Shown piece by piece: positions 1 through 15,733 of a stretch of DNA of 64,000 nucleotides. The notes under the pieces are model-generated. The model had not been told where the DNA came from. It did not search any database and saw only the letters and a program-made list of their open reading frames with translations. Origin of the DNA: Escherichia coli (GTDB lineage: Bacteria > Pseudomonadota > Gammaproteobacteria > Enterobacterales > Enterobacteriaceae); NCBI RefSeq assembly GCF_003790525.1, contig NZ_CP033635.1. One strand, 5' to 3'. Each line of letters starts with the position of its first letter. The stretch's first letter is position 1. The position numbers were made by a program, and so were the translations under genes.

Positions 1-1
1 C

Positions 2-1819
2 GATTATCGTCTGGCGACGCCGGATCTGCGCATCGGTCTGCCGGAAACCAAACTGGGCATCATGCCGGGCTTTGGCGGTTCTGTACGTATGCCACGTATG
101 CTGGGCGCTGACAGTGCGCTGGAAATCATTGCCGCCGGTAAAGATGTCGGCGCGGATCAGGCGCTGAAAATCGGTCTGGTGGATGGTGTAGTCAAAGCAG
201 AAAAACTGATTGAAGGGGCGATGGCGATTTTACGCCAGGCCATTAACGGCGACCTCGACTGGAAAGCGAAACGTCAGCCGAAGCTGGAACCGCTAAAACT
301 GAGCGAGATTGAAGCCACCATGAGCTTCACCATCGCTAAAGGGATGGTCGCACAAACGGCGGGGAAACATTATCCGGCCCCCATCACCGCAGTAAAAACC
401 ATTGAAGCTGCGGCCCGTTTTGGTCGTGAAGAAGCCCTAAACCTGGAAAACAAAAGTTTTGTCCCGCTGGCGCATACCAACGAAGCTCGCGCACTGGTCG
501 GCATTTTCCTTAACGATCAATATGTAAAAGGCAAAGCGAAGAAACTCACCAAAGACGTTGAAACCCCGAAACAGGCCGCTGTGCTGGGCGCAGGCATTAT
601 GGGTGGCGGCATCGCTTACCAGTCTGCGTGGAAAGGCGTACCGGTTGTCATGAAAGATATCAACGACAAGTCGTTAACCCTCGGCATGACCGAAGCCGCG
701 AAACTGCTGAACAAGCAGCTTGAGCGCGGCAAGATCGATGGTCTGAAACTGGCTGGCGTGATCTCCACAATTCACCCAACGCTCGACTACGCCGGGTTTG
801 ACCGCGTGGATGTTGTGGTAGAAGCGGTTGTTGAAAACCCGAAAGTGAAAAAAGCCGTACTGGCAGAAACCGAACAAAAAGTACGCCCGGATACCGTACT
901 GGCGTCTAACACTTCAACCATTCCTATCAGCGAACTGGCCAACGCGCTGGAACGTCCGGAAAACTTCTGCGGGATGCACTTCTTTAACCCGGTCCACCGA
1001 ATGCCGTTAGTAGAAATTATTCGCGGCGAGAAAAGCTCCGACGAAACCATCGCGAAAGTCGTCGCCTGGGCGAGCAAGATGGGCAAAACGCCGATTGTGG
1101 TTAACGACTGCCCCGGCTTCTTCGTCAACCGTGTACTGTTCCCCTATTTCGCCGGTTTCAGCCAGTTGCTGCGCGACGGCGCGGATTTCCGCAAGATCGA
1201 CAAAGTGATGGAAAAACAGTTTGGCTGGCCGATGGGGCCGGCATATCTGCTGGACGTTGTGGGGATTGATACCGCGCATCACGCTCAGGCGGTGATGGCA
1301 GCAGGCTTCCCGCAGCGGATGCAGAAAGATTACCGCGATGCCATCGATGCGCTGTTTGATGCCAACCGTTTTGGTCAGAAGAACGGCCTCGGTTTCTGGC
1401 GTTATAAAGAAGACAGTAAAGGCAAGCCGAAGAAAGAAGAAGATGCCGTCGTTGACGACCTGCTGGCAGAAGTGAGCCAGCCGAAGCGCGATTTCAGCGA
1501 AGAAGAGATTATCGCCCGCATGATGATCCCGATGGTCAACGAAGTGGTGCGCTGTCTGGAAGAAGGCATTATCGCCACTCCAGCAGAAGCGGATATGGCG
1601 CTGGTCTACGGACTGGGGTTCCCTCCGTTCCACGGCGGCGCGTTCCGCTGGCTGGACACCCTCGGTAGCGCAAAATACCTCGATATGGCACAACAATATC
1701 AGCACCTCGGCCCGCTGTATGAAGTGCCGGAAGGTCTGCGTAATAAAGCGCGTCATAACGAACCGTACTATCCCCCGGTTGAGCCAGCCCGTCCGGTTGG
1801 CGACCTGAAAACGGCTTAA
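2..1819 (+). CDS. fadB: Fatty-acid oxidation complex alpha subunit FadB, 5'-truncated by the window edge
   Basis: The frame is open from nt 2 ([23 protein letters not shown]...) to TAA at 1817-1819. It carries the NAD-binding [10 protein letters not shown] motif, and fadA follows 9 nt later. Matches my recollection of the E. coli FadB C-terminal ~605 aa. Confidence 0.97.
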   Translation, partial: DYRLATPDLRIGLPETKLGIMPGFGGSVRMPRMLGADSALEIIAAGKDVGADQALKIGLVDGVVKAEKLIEGAMAILRQAINGDLDWKAKRQPKLEPLKLSEIEATMSFTIAKGMVAQTAGKHYPAPITAVKTIEAAARFGREEALNLENKSFVPLAHTNEARALVGIFLNDQYVKGKAKKLTKDVETPKQAAVLGAGIMGGGIAYQSAWKGVPVVMKDINDKSLTLGMTEAAKLLNKQLERGKIDGLKLAGVISTIHPTLDYAGFDRVDVVVEAVVENPKVKKAVLAETEQKVRPDTVLASNTSTIPISELANALERPENFCGMHFFNPVHRMPLVEIIRGEKSSDETIAKVVAWASKMGKTPIVVNDCPGFFVNRVLFPYFAGFSQLLRDGADFRKIDKVMEKQFGWPMGPAYLLDVVGIDTAHHAQAVMAAGFPQRMQKDYRDAIDALFDANRFGQKNGLGFWRYKEDSKGKPKKEEDAVVDDLLAEVSQPKRDFSEEEIIARMMIPMVNEVVRCLEEGIIATPAEADMALVYGLGFPPFHGGAFRWLDTLGSAKYLDMAQQYQHLGPLYEVPEGLRNKARHNEPYYPPVEPARPVGDLKTA

Positions 1820-2992
<1,173 letters not shown>

Positions 2993-2997
2993 CCACT

Positions 2998-3109
2998 TGC
3001 CGGATGCGGCGTGAACGCCTTATCCGGTCTACCGATCCTGCACCAATATAGGCCTGATAAGACGCGCCAGCGTCGCATCAGGCATCGTGCACCGATTGCC
3101 GGATGCGAC
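2998..3109. repeat. REP/BIME cluster (2-3 REP units) downstream of fadA
   Basis: Typical REP palindromes: tgccggatgcggcgtgaacgccttatccggtctac (2998-3032), aggcctgataagacgcgccagcgtcgcatcaggcat (3050-3085), and a partial gccggatgcgac. Confidence 0.85.
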
Positions 3110-3152
3110 ATAGATCTAAATGCCACTGTATAAAGTTTTAGTTGCCGTTCTT

Positions 3153-3177
3153 CCCGCCTGTCAGGGGCGGGTTTTTT
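3153..3177 (+). terminator. Rho-independent terminator (fadBA side)
   Basis: Stem CCCGCC (3153-3158) / GGCGGG (3166-3171) with a 7-nt loop, followed by TTTTTT (3172-3177). Confidence 0.75.
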
Positions 3178-3182
3178 ATATC

Positions 3183-3884
3183 TCAGATAAATGCAAACGC
3201 ATCGCCAAACAGGCGATCTTCCCGCGCATTACGCTCGCTGCAAAACAGGTCACGGGCAATTTTCGCCATCTCAAAACGTCCGGCAATATAGATATCATGC
3301 TCTGCCAGCGTACCATGATCCTGCAATACCGCCGTTAACACGGTGCCAGTACGCCCACGCCAGCCCGCTTCCGGTTGTTCAACCACCGGCACCACTTGCA
3401 GACCAGGATGCTTCAACGAAAGCGCCTCAAGCTCGGAGAGATCATAAAGATGCTGCTCTTCACGCCCGCCCCAGTAAATGGTGATATCACGGTTTGGGTT
3501 ACGCGCCAGCGCCGTCAGCAAAATCGAGCGCGCATAAGAGAACCCGGTGCCACCCGCAATCAAAATCATCGGACGTTCTTCATCATCGCGCAGCCATGCC
3601 TCACCGTGCGGAATATCGACCACGATTTGATGATCTTTAAGAATGCGGTCCATGACTGCTTTCGCGTAAAGGTTGATTTCAGAAGCGCCAATATGCAGCT
3701 CGATGAACCCTTTTTCATCTGGCGTCGAAGCCATTGAGAACGGACGTTTGTCACGCTCATCCATCACTACCATCAAATACTGACCAGCACGAAAAGAAAA
3801 GGCCGCGTCTGGTACGATTCGGACACGGTATACGGTATCCGTGATAGCTTCTACCGAGGTCACTTTACAGCTTAAGGTTGTCAT
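3183..3884 (-). CDS. fre: NAD(P)H-flavin reductase Fre
   Basis: The ORF track gives 244 aa. The internal Met ([21 protein letters not shown]...) gives the 233-aa Fre I recall from K-12. FNR-like RPFS and GGTG motifs are present. Confidence 0.95.
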   Translation of the reverse strand: MTTLSCKVTSVEAITDTVYRVRIVPDAAFSFRAGQYLMVVMDERDKRPFSMASTPDEKGFIELHIGASEINLYAKAVMDRILKDHQIVVDIPHGEAWLRDDEERPMILIAGGTGFSYARSILLTALARNPNRDITIYWGGREEQHLYDLSELEALSLKHPGLQVVPVVEQPEAGWRGRTGTVLTAVLQDHGTLAEHDIYIAGRFEMAKIARDLFCSERNAREDRLFGDAFAFI

Positions 3885-3929
3885 GCGCTTTCTCTGTCGG
3901 ATCGATAAATAGGGCAAAACAAACGCGCA

Positions 3930-5423
3930 TCAGGCGCTTTTACCGTTGTTAAAAATAGCCAGTTCATCCCAGATGGCGTCAATATGCGCGACAACATCCG
4001 GATCTTTTTTGATGGGACGTCCCCATTCACGCTGGGTTTCCCCTGGCCATTTATTCGTGGCATCCAGCCCCATTTTTGAACCCAGCCCGGACACAGGCGA
4101 GGCAAAATCCAGATAATCAATAGGCGTATTTTCGACCAACACCGTGTCCCGCGCCGGGTCCATACGGGTGGTAATCGCCCAAATCACATCGTTCCAGTCG
4201 CGTGCGTTGACGTCATCATCGCAAACGATCACAAATTTAGTGTACATAAACTGGCGTAAGAACGACCAGACGCCCATCATGACGCGCTTCGCGTGTCCGG
4301 CGTACTGTTTTTTGATCGTCACTACCGCCAGGCGATAAGAGCAGCCTTCCGGCGGCAGGTAAAAATCGACAATTTCCGGGAACTGTTTTTGCAGAATCGG
4401 CACAAACACTTCGTTCAGTGCGACACCCAGCACCGCAGGTTCATCCGGCGGACGCCCGGTATAGGTGGAATGATAAATCGCATCTTCACGCTGGGTAATA
4501 TGCGTCACGGTAAATACCGGGAAACTATCGACTTCGTTATAGTAACCGGTGTGGTCGCCATACGGCCCTTCCGGCGCAGTTTCGCCTTGTTCGATATACC
4601 CTTCCAGCACAATCTCCGCACTGGCGGGCACTTCGAGATCATTGGAAATACACTTTACTACTTCGGTTTTGGTGCCGCGTAGCAATCCGGCAAACGCATA
4701 CTCTGAAAGCGTATCCGGAACGGGGGTGACTGCACCGAGAATCGTGGCGGGATCGGCACCCAGCGCCACAGAAACCGGGAAACGTTCGCCCGGATGCGCC
4801 ACACACCACTCCTGATAATCCAGCGCGCCGCCGCGATGCGACAGCCAGCGCATAATCAGTTTGTTTTTACCAATCAGCTGCTGGCGATAAATGCCCAGAT
4901 TCTGCCGCTCTTTATGCGGGCCGCGCGTCACGGTCAGCCCCCAGGTAATCAGCGGCGCGGCATCTTCCGGCCAGCAGGTCATAATGGGAATGCGATTGAG
5001 ATCGACGTCATCGCCAGAGACGATTTTTTGTTGGCAAGGCGCACCACGCAGCCGCTTTGTCGGCATGTTCAATACTTGCTTAAACTGCGGCAGTTTATCA
5101 AACAGGTCGCGGAAACCTTTTGGCGGCTCCGGCTCTTTCAGAAACGCCAATAATTTACCAACTTCACGCAGCGCCGAAACATCTTCCTGCCCCATGCCCA
5201 TCGCCACGCGCTTTGGCGTACCGAACAGGTTGCACAGCACCGGCATTGAGTAGCCTTTAGGGTTTTCGAACAACAGCGCAGGCCCACCGGCACGCAAAGT
5301 GCGGTCAGCAATTTCAGTGATTTCCAGATGCGGATCCACCGGGAGCGTGATACGTTTTAGCTCACCCTGCTGTTCAAGCAGCGTCAAGAAGTCGCGTAAA
5401 TCGTTATATTTCATGGCGTCCAT
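3930..5423 (-). CDS. ubiD: 3-octaprenyl-4-hydroxybenzoate decarboxylase UbiD
   Basis: 497-aa ORF starting [25 protein letters not shown]..., as in E. coli UbiD. Confidence 0.97.
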   Translation of the reverse strand: MDAMKYNDLRDFLTLLEQQGELKRITLPVDPHLEITEIADRTLRAGGPALLFENPKGYSMPVLCNLFGTPKRVAMGMGQEDVSALREVGKLLAFLKEPEPPKGFRDLFDKLPQFKQVLNMPTKRLRGAPCQQKIVSGDDVDLNRIPIMTCWPEDAAPLITWGLTVTRGPHKERQNLGIYRQQLIGKNKLIMRWLSHRGGALDYQEWCVAHPGERFPVSVALGADPATILGAVTPVPDTLSEYAFAGLLRGTKTEVVKCISNDLEVPASAEIVLEGYIEQGETAPEGPYGDHTGYYNEVDSFPVFTVTHITQREDAIYHSTYTGRPPDEPAVLGVALNEVFVPILQKQFPEIVDFYLPPEGCSYRLAVVTIKKQYAGHAKRVMMGVWSFLRQFMYTKFVIVCDDDVNARDWNDVIWAITTRMDPARDTVLVENTPIDYLDFASPVSGLGSKMGLDATNKWPGETQREWGRPIKKDPDVVAHIDAIWDELAIFNNGKSA

Positions 5424-5544
5424 TGTAGCCTCTTAATCTGCGCCCATTATACGGCGTTCATCTTTGCGATGCTGTAAATTTGTTAAATTAGCGTGAACTC
5501 TGACGGTATAACGCAAACCGGGGAATATAATTAACTTAGCGTAA

Positions 5545-6857
<1,313 letters not shown>

Positions 6858-6898
6858 CCTGTACTCCATATGACAACCGCCCTGACGGGCGGTTGAAT

Positions 6899-7675
6899 TT
6901 ATTCTTCAGTTTTTTCGCTTTCTGCTTCAGCGTCGTTTTCCTCTTCCCGGTTTCGACCCTTACCAACGTAAAAGCGAGAGAAGAAGACACCGATTTCAAA
7001 CAGGCAGTACATCGGGATCGCCAGCAGCGTTTGCGAGAAGACATCCGGCGGCGTCAGCAACATCCCGACAACGAATGCACCAACCAGCACATACGGGCGT
7101 TTTTTGCGTAAGTCTTCTGGCGAGGTAATCCCCATCCAGCACAGCAGCACAATTGCCACAGGCACTTCAAAGGAGACACCAAACGCCATAAACAACGCCA
7201 TAACGAAGCTTAAATAGCTGGCGATGTCGGTGGATACCTGTACCCCTTCCGGCGCGGTATTGGCAAGGAAGCCAAATGCCAGCGGAAAGACCACAAAGTA
7301 GGCGAACGCCATGCCGATATAAAAAAGCAGAGAGCTGGAAACCAGCAGCGGCACCACCAGGCGACGTTCATGCTTATACAGCGCTGGGGCGATAAACGCC
7401 CACACCTGATAGAGAATCACCGGCGCTGACAGAATCAGCGACACCATAAAGGTCAGCTTGATCGGCGTAAAGAACGGCGAGGCCACGTCGGTGGCGATCA
7501 TCGTTGAACCTTGCGGCAACTGCTTGATCAATGGCGCGGATACCAGGTGATAGATGTCATTGGCGAAATAGACCAGACACAGGAATATCACGATCACCGC
7601 GATAATGCAGTTCAGCAGACGCTTACGCAGCTCAATCAGATGCGTGATAAGCGGTTGAGTATCTTCTACAGACAT
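6899..7675 (-). CDS. tatC: Twin-arginine translocase subunit TatC
   Basis: 258-aa polytopic membrane protein starting [21 protein letters not shown]. Confidence 0.97.
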
Positions 7676-7677
7676 GT

Positions 7678-8193
7678 TTACGGTTTATCACTCGACGAAG
7701 GGGAAGGTGCAGCGGTTTTCGGTTCAGCGTCCGCAGCAGGTTTTACCACCGGCTCTGGCGTGGTTTCTGGCTTCTGTTCCGGCGAACTGGCCTGCGTTTG
7801 TGCAGCGGCAGGCGTTACGCCTTCATGCGCAGCTTCATTGTCTTTCACCACCGGGTTATGGATGGTGTGCGCTTCATCGCTCGCCTTTTCAGGATCGTTT
7901 GCAACGTAGGAACGCTTCATCGACTCCGCGGCCTGGCGTAATTCATCCATCGACGCTTTCAGTTCGGGTGTCAGGTTAGTGAGGCTCGCCTTTTCAACCT
8001 TTTTCAGACTGTCCTGAAACTCCTGGAGTTTTAACTCCTGGGTCAGTTCGTTCTGCACCGTTGTCGCCAGTGAACGCAACGCGCGAATCCAGCCCGCGAC
8101 CGTTTTTACCGCCACAGGCAGTCGTTGCGGCCCCAGAACGACGAGGCCGATGATGAATACCAATAGCAGTTCGCTAAAACCGATATCAAACAC
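7678..8193 (-). CDS. tatB: Twin-arginine translocase subunit TatB
   Basis: 171 aa starting [26 protein letters not shown]. Sits 2 nt upstream of the tatC start. Confidence 0.97.
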
Positions 8194-8196
8194 GGA

Positions 8197-8466
8197 TTAC
8201 ACCTGCTCTTTATCGTGGCGCTTCGCGTCTTGTGTTTTAGCCTGTTCCTGATTCGTATCCGCCTGCTTATCGGCGATAGTTTTCGCAGTAAAATCAGCAT
8301 CCTGACTGGTTTTATCCTGCTTTGGTTCATCATCGCTCATTGCTTTTTTAAAGCCTTTGATCGACGCACCAAGATCGGAACCGATGGAGCCGAGCTTTTT
8401 GGTGCCAAAAAGCAGTACAACGATGACGGCAATAATCAATAACTGCCAAATACTGATACCACCCAT
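8197..8466 (-). CDS. tatA: Twin-arginine translocase subunit TatA
   Basis: The ORF-track entry (103 aa) over-extends. The Met at 8466 gives the 89-aa [27 protein letters not shown]... TatA. Confidence 0.95.
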   Translation of the reverse strand: MGGISIWQLLIIAVIVVLLFGTKKLGSIGSDLGASIKGFKKAMSDDEPKQDKTSQDADFTAKTIADKQADTNQEQAKTQDAKRHDKEQV

Positions 8467-8544
8467 ACATGTTCCTCTGTGGTAGATGATGATTAAACAA
8501 GGCCGCATTATACGTTACACAGCCCGCCTTGAGCGATGAAAAAA

Positions 8545-10787
<2,243 letters not shown>

Positions 10788-10800
10788 TTCCGGTCTCCTG

Positions 10801-11556
10801 TCAGAACTTATAACCACGATGCAACGCCACAACCCCTGCCGTCAGATTGTAGTAGTCGACACTTTCGAATCCGGCATCCTGCATCATGGCTTTCAGGGTA
10901 TCCTGATCGGGATGCATACGGATGGATTCTGCCAGATAACGGTAGCTGTCGGCGTCGTTCGCGACCAGTGAGCCAATACGCGGCAGCACATGGAAGGAGT
11001 ATGCATCATAGGCTTTGCTCAGCGGCTCGATAATTGGCTTCGAGAACTCAAGCACCAGCAGGCGGCCGCCGGGTTTCAGCACGCGATACATTGAACGCAG
11101 TGCTTTATCTTTGTCGGTGACGTTACGCAGACCAAACGAAATGGTGATGCAATCAAAGGTGTTATCCGGGAACGGCAGCGCCTCAGCGTTCGCTTGAACA
11201 TACTCAACGTTGCCAATCACACCGATATTACGCAGCTTCTCGCGTCCCATTTTGAGCATGGATTCATTGATATCAGCAAGGACCACTTTGCCAGTTTCTC
11301 CGACCAGGCGGGAGAATTTCGCTGTCAGGTCGCCGGTGCCACCAGCCAGATCCAGCACGGTCTGCCCACGGCGTACGCCGCTGCAATCAATCGTGAATCG
11401 CTTCCACAAACGATGAATACCGAATGACATCAAATCATTCATGACATCGTATTTTGATGCCACGGAATGGAAAACGTGAGCGACCATATCCGCTTTTTGT
11501 TCCTTCGCGACGGTCTGAAAACCAAAGTGCGTCGTTTCTTGTGACTTATCCACCAT
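10801..11556 (-). CDS. ubiE: Demethylmenaquinone / C-methyltransferase UbiE
   Basis: 251 aa with the SAM-binding motif [10 protein letters not shown]. Matches E. coli UbiE. Confidence 0.97.
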
Positions 11557-11650
11557 CTCAATGCCTGCTCATCAAAAAATTGTTCCAGAAGTGTAACAGA
11601 TTGGGCGTCGATGCCCTAGATTTCTACCCGGCTTAACTACCCCCAATGGG

Positions 11651-13078
11651 CTAGCGCGACTGCTGATTATATTCATCATCGCGTTGATAAGCTTCATCAT
11701 TCGGCTGCTCCGGAACCGACCGCAGTCGATACTCTTCATCCTGGCTCACCGCTTGTTCAGCCAAATCCGGATTAATCTCGCGTTTAATTTCTACCCCTAA
11801 ACCGCGAAACGCTTCTGCCTGCGCCAGCACATTTCCGCGACCTGAAGAGAGTTTTTTCATTGCCTGGCGGTAGTTATCCTGCGCTTTGTCGAGACTTTGA
11901 CCAATCGCTGACATGTCATCGACGAACAAACGCATCTTGTCGTACAGCTTGCTGGCACGATCGGCGATTTGCTGGGCGTTGCGGCTTTGATGCTCATAAC
12001 GCCACAGGTTGGCGATAGTGCGCAGCGCCACCAGCAGCGTAGTCGGGCTAACCAGCATGATATTGTTTTTCAACGCTTCGGTGATCAGCTCCGGCTGGCG
12101 GTCAAGCGCCAGTAAAAAAGCGGGTTCAACGGGAATAAACATCAGAACGTAATCCAGGGTTCGCAGCCCCGGCAGCTGTTGATAATCTTTGCGTCCCAGC
12201 AAACGGATATGGTTACGCACCGACGCGATATGTTCCTGTAGCGCGCTTTCGCGGGTGTAGTCATCTTCGGCGTTGAAATAGCGTTCATAGGCGACCAGCG
12301 TCATTTTGGCGTCGATCACCACATCTTTTCCCTGCGGCAACCGCACGATGACATCCGGCTGCATCCGCGAGCGGGCGTCATTTTCGATGCTGACCTGGGT
12401 TTCATATTCATACCCTTCACGCAGACCGGAAGCCTCCAGCACCCGCGTCAATACTACCTCGCCCCAGTTGCCCTGGGTTTTATTGTCGCCTTTCAGCGCA
12501 CGCGTCAGGTTGATCGCTTCCTGGGCCATCTGGGCGTTGAGTTGCTGGAGGTTGCGGATTTCGTGAGTCAGGGTATGACGTTCTTGGGCTTCTTTACCAA
12601 AGCTGTCCTGGACCTGACGGCGGAAACCGTCCAGTTGTTCACGTAGCGGCGACAACAGGCTGTTCAGGCTCTGACGGTTTTGCTCATCAACCCGGCGATT
12701 GCTGTGCTCAAAAATACGGTTGGCGAGGTTTTCAAACTGCTCACTGAGGCGCTGCTCGCTGTTAATCATCTGGCGAATTTTATCGTCAGCATGTTGCTGT
12801 GCAGCTTCCATCCGCGTGGTTACTTCACGCAGATCGGCCTCCAGAGAGGTGTTAATACTTTGCAGGCTGCGCACTTCGTTATTGAGTAACTCGCACTCAG
12901 CGCGCCAGTGCTCGCTTTGAGTAATTTGTTGTTTTGCCGCGCTTAACTCCGCGACCATCTCTTCACGTTCAGCTAATTGCTCGGCTTTTTGCTGCGCATG
13001 TTGATAACTGGCAAACAGCCAGCCAATTGCCACACCCACCAATGCAATAACTGCGTAAACCATGATTGAGAAATCCAC
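11651..13078 (-). CDS. rmuC: DNA recombination protein RmuC
   Basis: 475 aa with an N-terminal TM segment, a long coiled-coil region and the RmuC C-terminal domain. Matches K-12 YigN/RmuC as I recall it. Confidence 0.95.
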   Translation of the reverse strand: MDFSIMVYAVIALVGVAIGWLFASYQHAQQKAEQLAEREEMVAELSAAKQQITQSEHWRAECELLNNEVRSLQSINTSLEADLREVTTRMEAAQQHADDKIRQMINSEQRLSEQFENLANRIFEHSNRRVDEQNRQSLNSLLSPLREQLDGFRRQVQDSFGKEAQERHTLTHEIRNLQQLNAQMAQEAINLTRALKGDNKTQGNWGEVVLTRVLEASGLREGYEYETQVSIENDARSRMQPDVIVRLPQGKDVVIDAKMTLVAYERYFNAEDDYTRESALQEHIASVRNHIRLLGRKDYQQLPGLRTLDYVLMFIPVEPAFLLALDRQPELITEALKNNIMLVSPTTLLVALRTIANLWRYEHQSRNAQQIADRASKLYDKMRLFVDDMSAIGQSLDKAQDNYRQAMKKLSSGRGNVLAQAEAFRGLGVEIKREINPDLAEQAVSQDEEYRLRSVPEQPNDEAYQRDDEYNQQSR

Positions 13079-13196
13079 AACGCCTCCTGACGCAACAACT
13101 TACCCGCACAAAATAGAATTGTGCTGTACAAACGTCCAGTTTGAAAGAAGTTTCCTGCGAGGCGCTACGCAAAACGATCGTTAATTTTCATTATTT

Positions 13197-13234
13197 TATC
13201 CCACAATATGAGATGGAGTTTATATTGTGGGATA
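13197..13234. promoter_or_regulatory. 13-bp perfect inverted repeat, candidate IclR-type operator
   Basis: TATCCCACAATAT (13197-13209), then a 12-nt spacer, then ATATTGTGGGATA (13222-13234). It lies about 60 nt upstream of the IclR-family start codon. A degenerate third half-site, TTATGTGGAAC, sits near 13258. Confidence 0.55.
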
Positions 13235-13294
13235 TATCACCTTTTCCCCACGTCATTATGTGGAACACTTCAGCAATATCATCAGGAGAAACGT

Positions 13295-14062
13295 ATGGCA
13301 GAAACCTCTTCAACCACCGCAGGCGCACAAACGTTATTACGTGGACTGGCGGTTCTTAATGCTGTTTATAACGGCTGCCATGACCTAAAAAGTATCGGCG
13401 AGTTCACCGGCACGACCCGGAGCACAACCCATCGTTTAGTCACCGTTCTGGTGGAACAACGCTACCTGCGCCATGTCCCAACGCAGGGCTACCAACTGGG
13501 TGCCAAACTGATCGAATTCGGTGCCAGAGCACTGGAAAGCACCTCGCTGTACGAAATTGCCCAGCCCGTTTTGCAACGCCTTGCCCGTTACACCCTGGAC
13601 ACCGTGCATCTGGGGATCGTTGAAGGCGACGAAGTGCTGTATCTGGAGAAGATCAACAGTCAGCGCGGGCTGGAAATGCGCTCACGCCCAGGCCATCGCA
13701 TGCCACTGGCAATCACCGGCATCGGCAAAGCATTGATACTCAACCGAACAGAAGAAGAGTGGCGCACGCTGTTTAAGACCTGTGGTGATGAAACAAAACT
13801 GGGCGCATTTATTCAGAACATGCGTCGTTATGCCGCCAGTGGTTTTGCTTTTGATCTGGAAGAGAACGAGCCGACTATCCGTTGCGTTGCAGCGCCGGTT
13901 TACAACGCCCGGGATGAAATTGTGGCGGCTATTTCTGTCGCCAGTACCACCACGTATATGTCGCTGGCGCGTCTGGAAGAACTGGCACCTTACGTCAAAT
14001 CCTGTGCAGAAGAGATATCCGCTGAACTGGGCTGGGGTAAGCACGTCCGCAAAGATAAATAA
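13295..14062 (+). CDS. IclR-family transcriptional regulator (KdgR-like)
   Basis: The ATG at 13295 is preceded by AGGAGA (13284-13289), giving 255 aa. It has an N-terminal wHTH (GAQTLLRGLAVLNAV...IGEFTGTTRSTTHRLV) and a C-terminal IclR effector domain. The ORF-track start at 13208 would run through the operator. Confidence 0.85.
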   Translation: MAETSSTTAGAQTLLRGLAVLNAVYNGCHDLKSIGEFTGTTRSTTHRLVTVLVEQRYLRHVPTQGYQLGAKLIEFGARALESTSLYEIAQPVLQRLARYTLDTVHLGIVEGDEVLYLEKINSQRGLEMRSRPGHRMPLAITGIGKALILNRTEEEWRTLFKTCGDETKLGAFIQNMRRYAASGFAFDLEENEPTIRCVAAPVYNARDEIVAAISVASTTTYMSLARLEELAPYVKSCAEEISAELGWGKHVRKDK

Positions 14063-14085
14063 ACCATGATTAAAGGAAACGACTA

Positions 14086-15090
14086 ATGCCGGGAGCACCC
14101 TCATTTATTGCCCTGGACTGGGGAACGTCATCGCTTCGGGCATGGCGTTTTGGCGAATCACCAAATCCACAAGAAAAACGTGAATTCCCCTGGGGGATCA
14201 TGAAATTACCCTCCCAGGCAGCAACACGTGAGGACGCTTTCCACGATACGTTTTTACGTGTCTGCGGCGACTGGCTGGCACAAACCCCATGCCCGGTACT
14301 GGCTTGCGGCATGCTCGGCAGTGCGCAAGGGTGGCAACCAGCAGCTTATTTACCTTGCCCGGTCACTCTCGAGGGTCTGGCGAAGCAGTTGACGCCAGTT
14401 ATCCACCAGCAGCAGACAATGCTGCACATCATTCCTGGCGTGATTAAAGAAGGTGAAATGCCCGAAGTGATGCGTGGCGAAGAGACACAAATCTTCGGTG
14501 CTATCTCGATGGAACCGGCCCTGCAAAACGCGATCCATCAGGGTATGCCAGTGCTGATAGGCTTACCCGGCACACATGCGAAATGGGCAGTAGTTGAAAA
14601 CAACACCATTACCGATTTCCGAACCTTTATGACGGGCGAGTTATTTGATGTTTTATCCCGCCATTCGATTCTCGGTGCCACCATGCATCCTGGAGATGAA
14701 CCGCACTGGGATGCCTTCACCCACGGGCTGACAGCAGCACAAGAGCATCATCAGACCGGATTATTATCGACGCTGTTTTCGACCCGTTCGCGCCTGCTGA
14801 CCAGTAATCTTACGTCGTCCTCGCAGGGGGATTACCTTTCCGGATTACTGATAGGCCATGAATTATGCGGTCTGGCATCCAGTTTGCTACGTGATTTACC
14901 CGCCACAACACCGATCGCCTTAATCGGTAGCGCAAATCTGAACAGCCGCTATTCACAAGCATTCAGCCACGTTTTTCCCGACAGACAGATACACGCCATT
15001 CCTAATGCCACTGAACAGGGATTATGGCGAATCGCCCACGCTGCCGGGTTACTGTCCACCAACGCCAGGGAATGTACCCATGCCATTTAA
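14086..15090 (+). CDS. 2-dehydro-3-deoxygalactonokinase-family (DgoK-like) sugar-acid kinase
   Basis: 334 aa. The N-terminal FIALDWGTSSLRAW matches the DgoK phosphate-1 motif (IAIDWGSTNLRAW in E. coli DgoK as I recall). It starts 23 nt after the regulator gene. Confidence 0.8.
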   Translation: MPGAPSFIALDWGTSSLRAWRFGESPNPQEKREFPWGIMKLPSQAATREDAFHDTFLRVCGDWLAQTPCPVLACGMLGSAQGWQPAAYLPCPVTLEGLAKQLTPVIHQQQTMLHIIPGVIKEGEMPEVMRGEETQIFGAISMEPALQNAIHQGMPVLIGLPGTHAKWAVVENNTITDFRTFMTGELFDVLSRHSILGATMHPGDEPHWDAFTHGLTAAQEHHQTGLLSTLFSTRSRLLTSNLTSSSQGDYLSGLLIGHELCGLASSLLRDLPATTPIALIGSANLNSRYSQAFSHVFPDRQIHAIPNATEQGLWRIAHAAGLLSTNARECTHAI

Positions 15091-15709
15091 GACGCTTTTG
15101 CAAAAAACCGGGTTAGTCGCCATTTTACGCGGCGTGAAACCGGATGAGATTGTCGCCATCGGTGAAAAACTGTACGCCGCCGGATTCCGCCTGATTGAGA
15201 TTCCTATGAACTCGCCGGAGGCGTTGCAAAGTATCAGTTTACTGCGCGACGCCCTGCCTAAGGATTGCCTGGTCGGAGCCGGAACTGTGCTTTCGGTAGA
15301 GCAGGTGGTTGCGGTTAAAGAGGCTGGGGGCCAGATTATCGTGATGCCGCATTGCGATACTGCGGTGATCCGTCGCGCCCGTGCGCTGGGTATGTATTGT
15401 GCGCCTGGCGTCGCCACGCCCACCGAAGCCTTTGCTGCCATTGAACATGGTGCTAATGCCATCAAGCTGTTCCCGGCTGAACAAATTACGCCAGAAGTTA
15501 CCAAAGCCTGGCGTGCGGTTATTCCACAATCCGTTCCGATGTTACCGGTTGGCGGTATCACACCGGAAACCATGGCGCGTTATCTGAGCCACGGCGCAAA
15601 CGGCTTTGGCCTCGGTTCTGCGCTATATCACCCCGGCATGACGCCAGAGCAAGTCTATGAAAATGCAGTACTGTTTATGAACGCATGGAACAATTTAAAT
15701 AGCAACTAA
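15080..15709 (+). CDS. 2-dehydro-3-deoxy-6-phosphogalactonate (KDPGal) / KDPG-type aldolase, DgoA/Eda family
   Basis: The ATG at 15080 overlaps the kinase stop (15088-15090) by 11 nt. 209 aa reading MPFKTLLQKTGLVAILRGVKPDEIVAIGEKLYAAGFRLIEIPMNSPEAL, with KLFPA and PVGGI motifs typical of class I KDPG/KDPGal aldolases. Confidence 0.85.
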   Translation: MPFKTLLQKTGLVAILRGVKPDEIVAIGEKLYAAGFRLIEIPMNSPEALQSISLLRDALPKDCLVGAGTVLSVEQVVAVKEAGGQIIVMPHCDTAVIRRARALGMYCAPGVATPTEAFAAIEHGANAIKLFPAEQITPEVTKAWRAVIPQSVPMLPVGGITPETMARYLSHGANGFGLGSALYHPGMTPEQVYENAVLFMNAWNNLNSN

Positions 15710-15733
15710 CTGATAAATAAGGATATAAAAGCA

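Noticed and set aside
3120-3338. 72-aa plus-strand ORF crossing the fadA terminator into fre
   Set aside because: It contains the terminator hairpin within its coding sequence and then runs antisense to fre. It is not credible as a gene.
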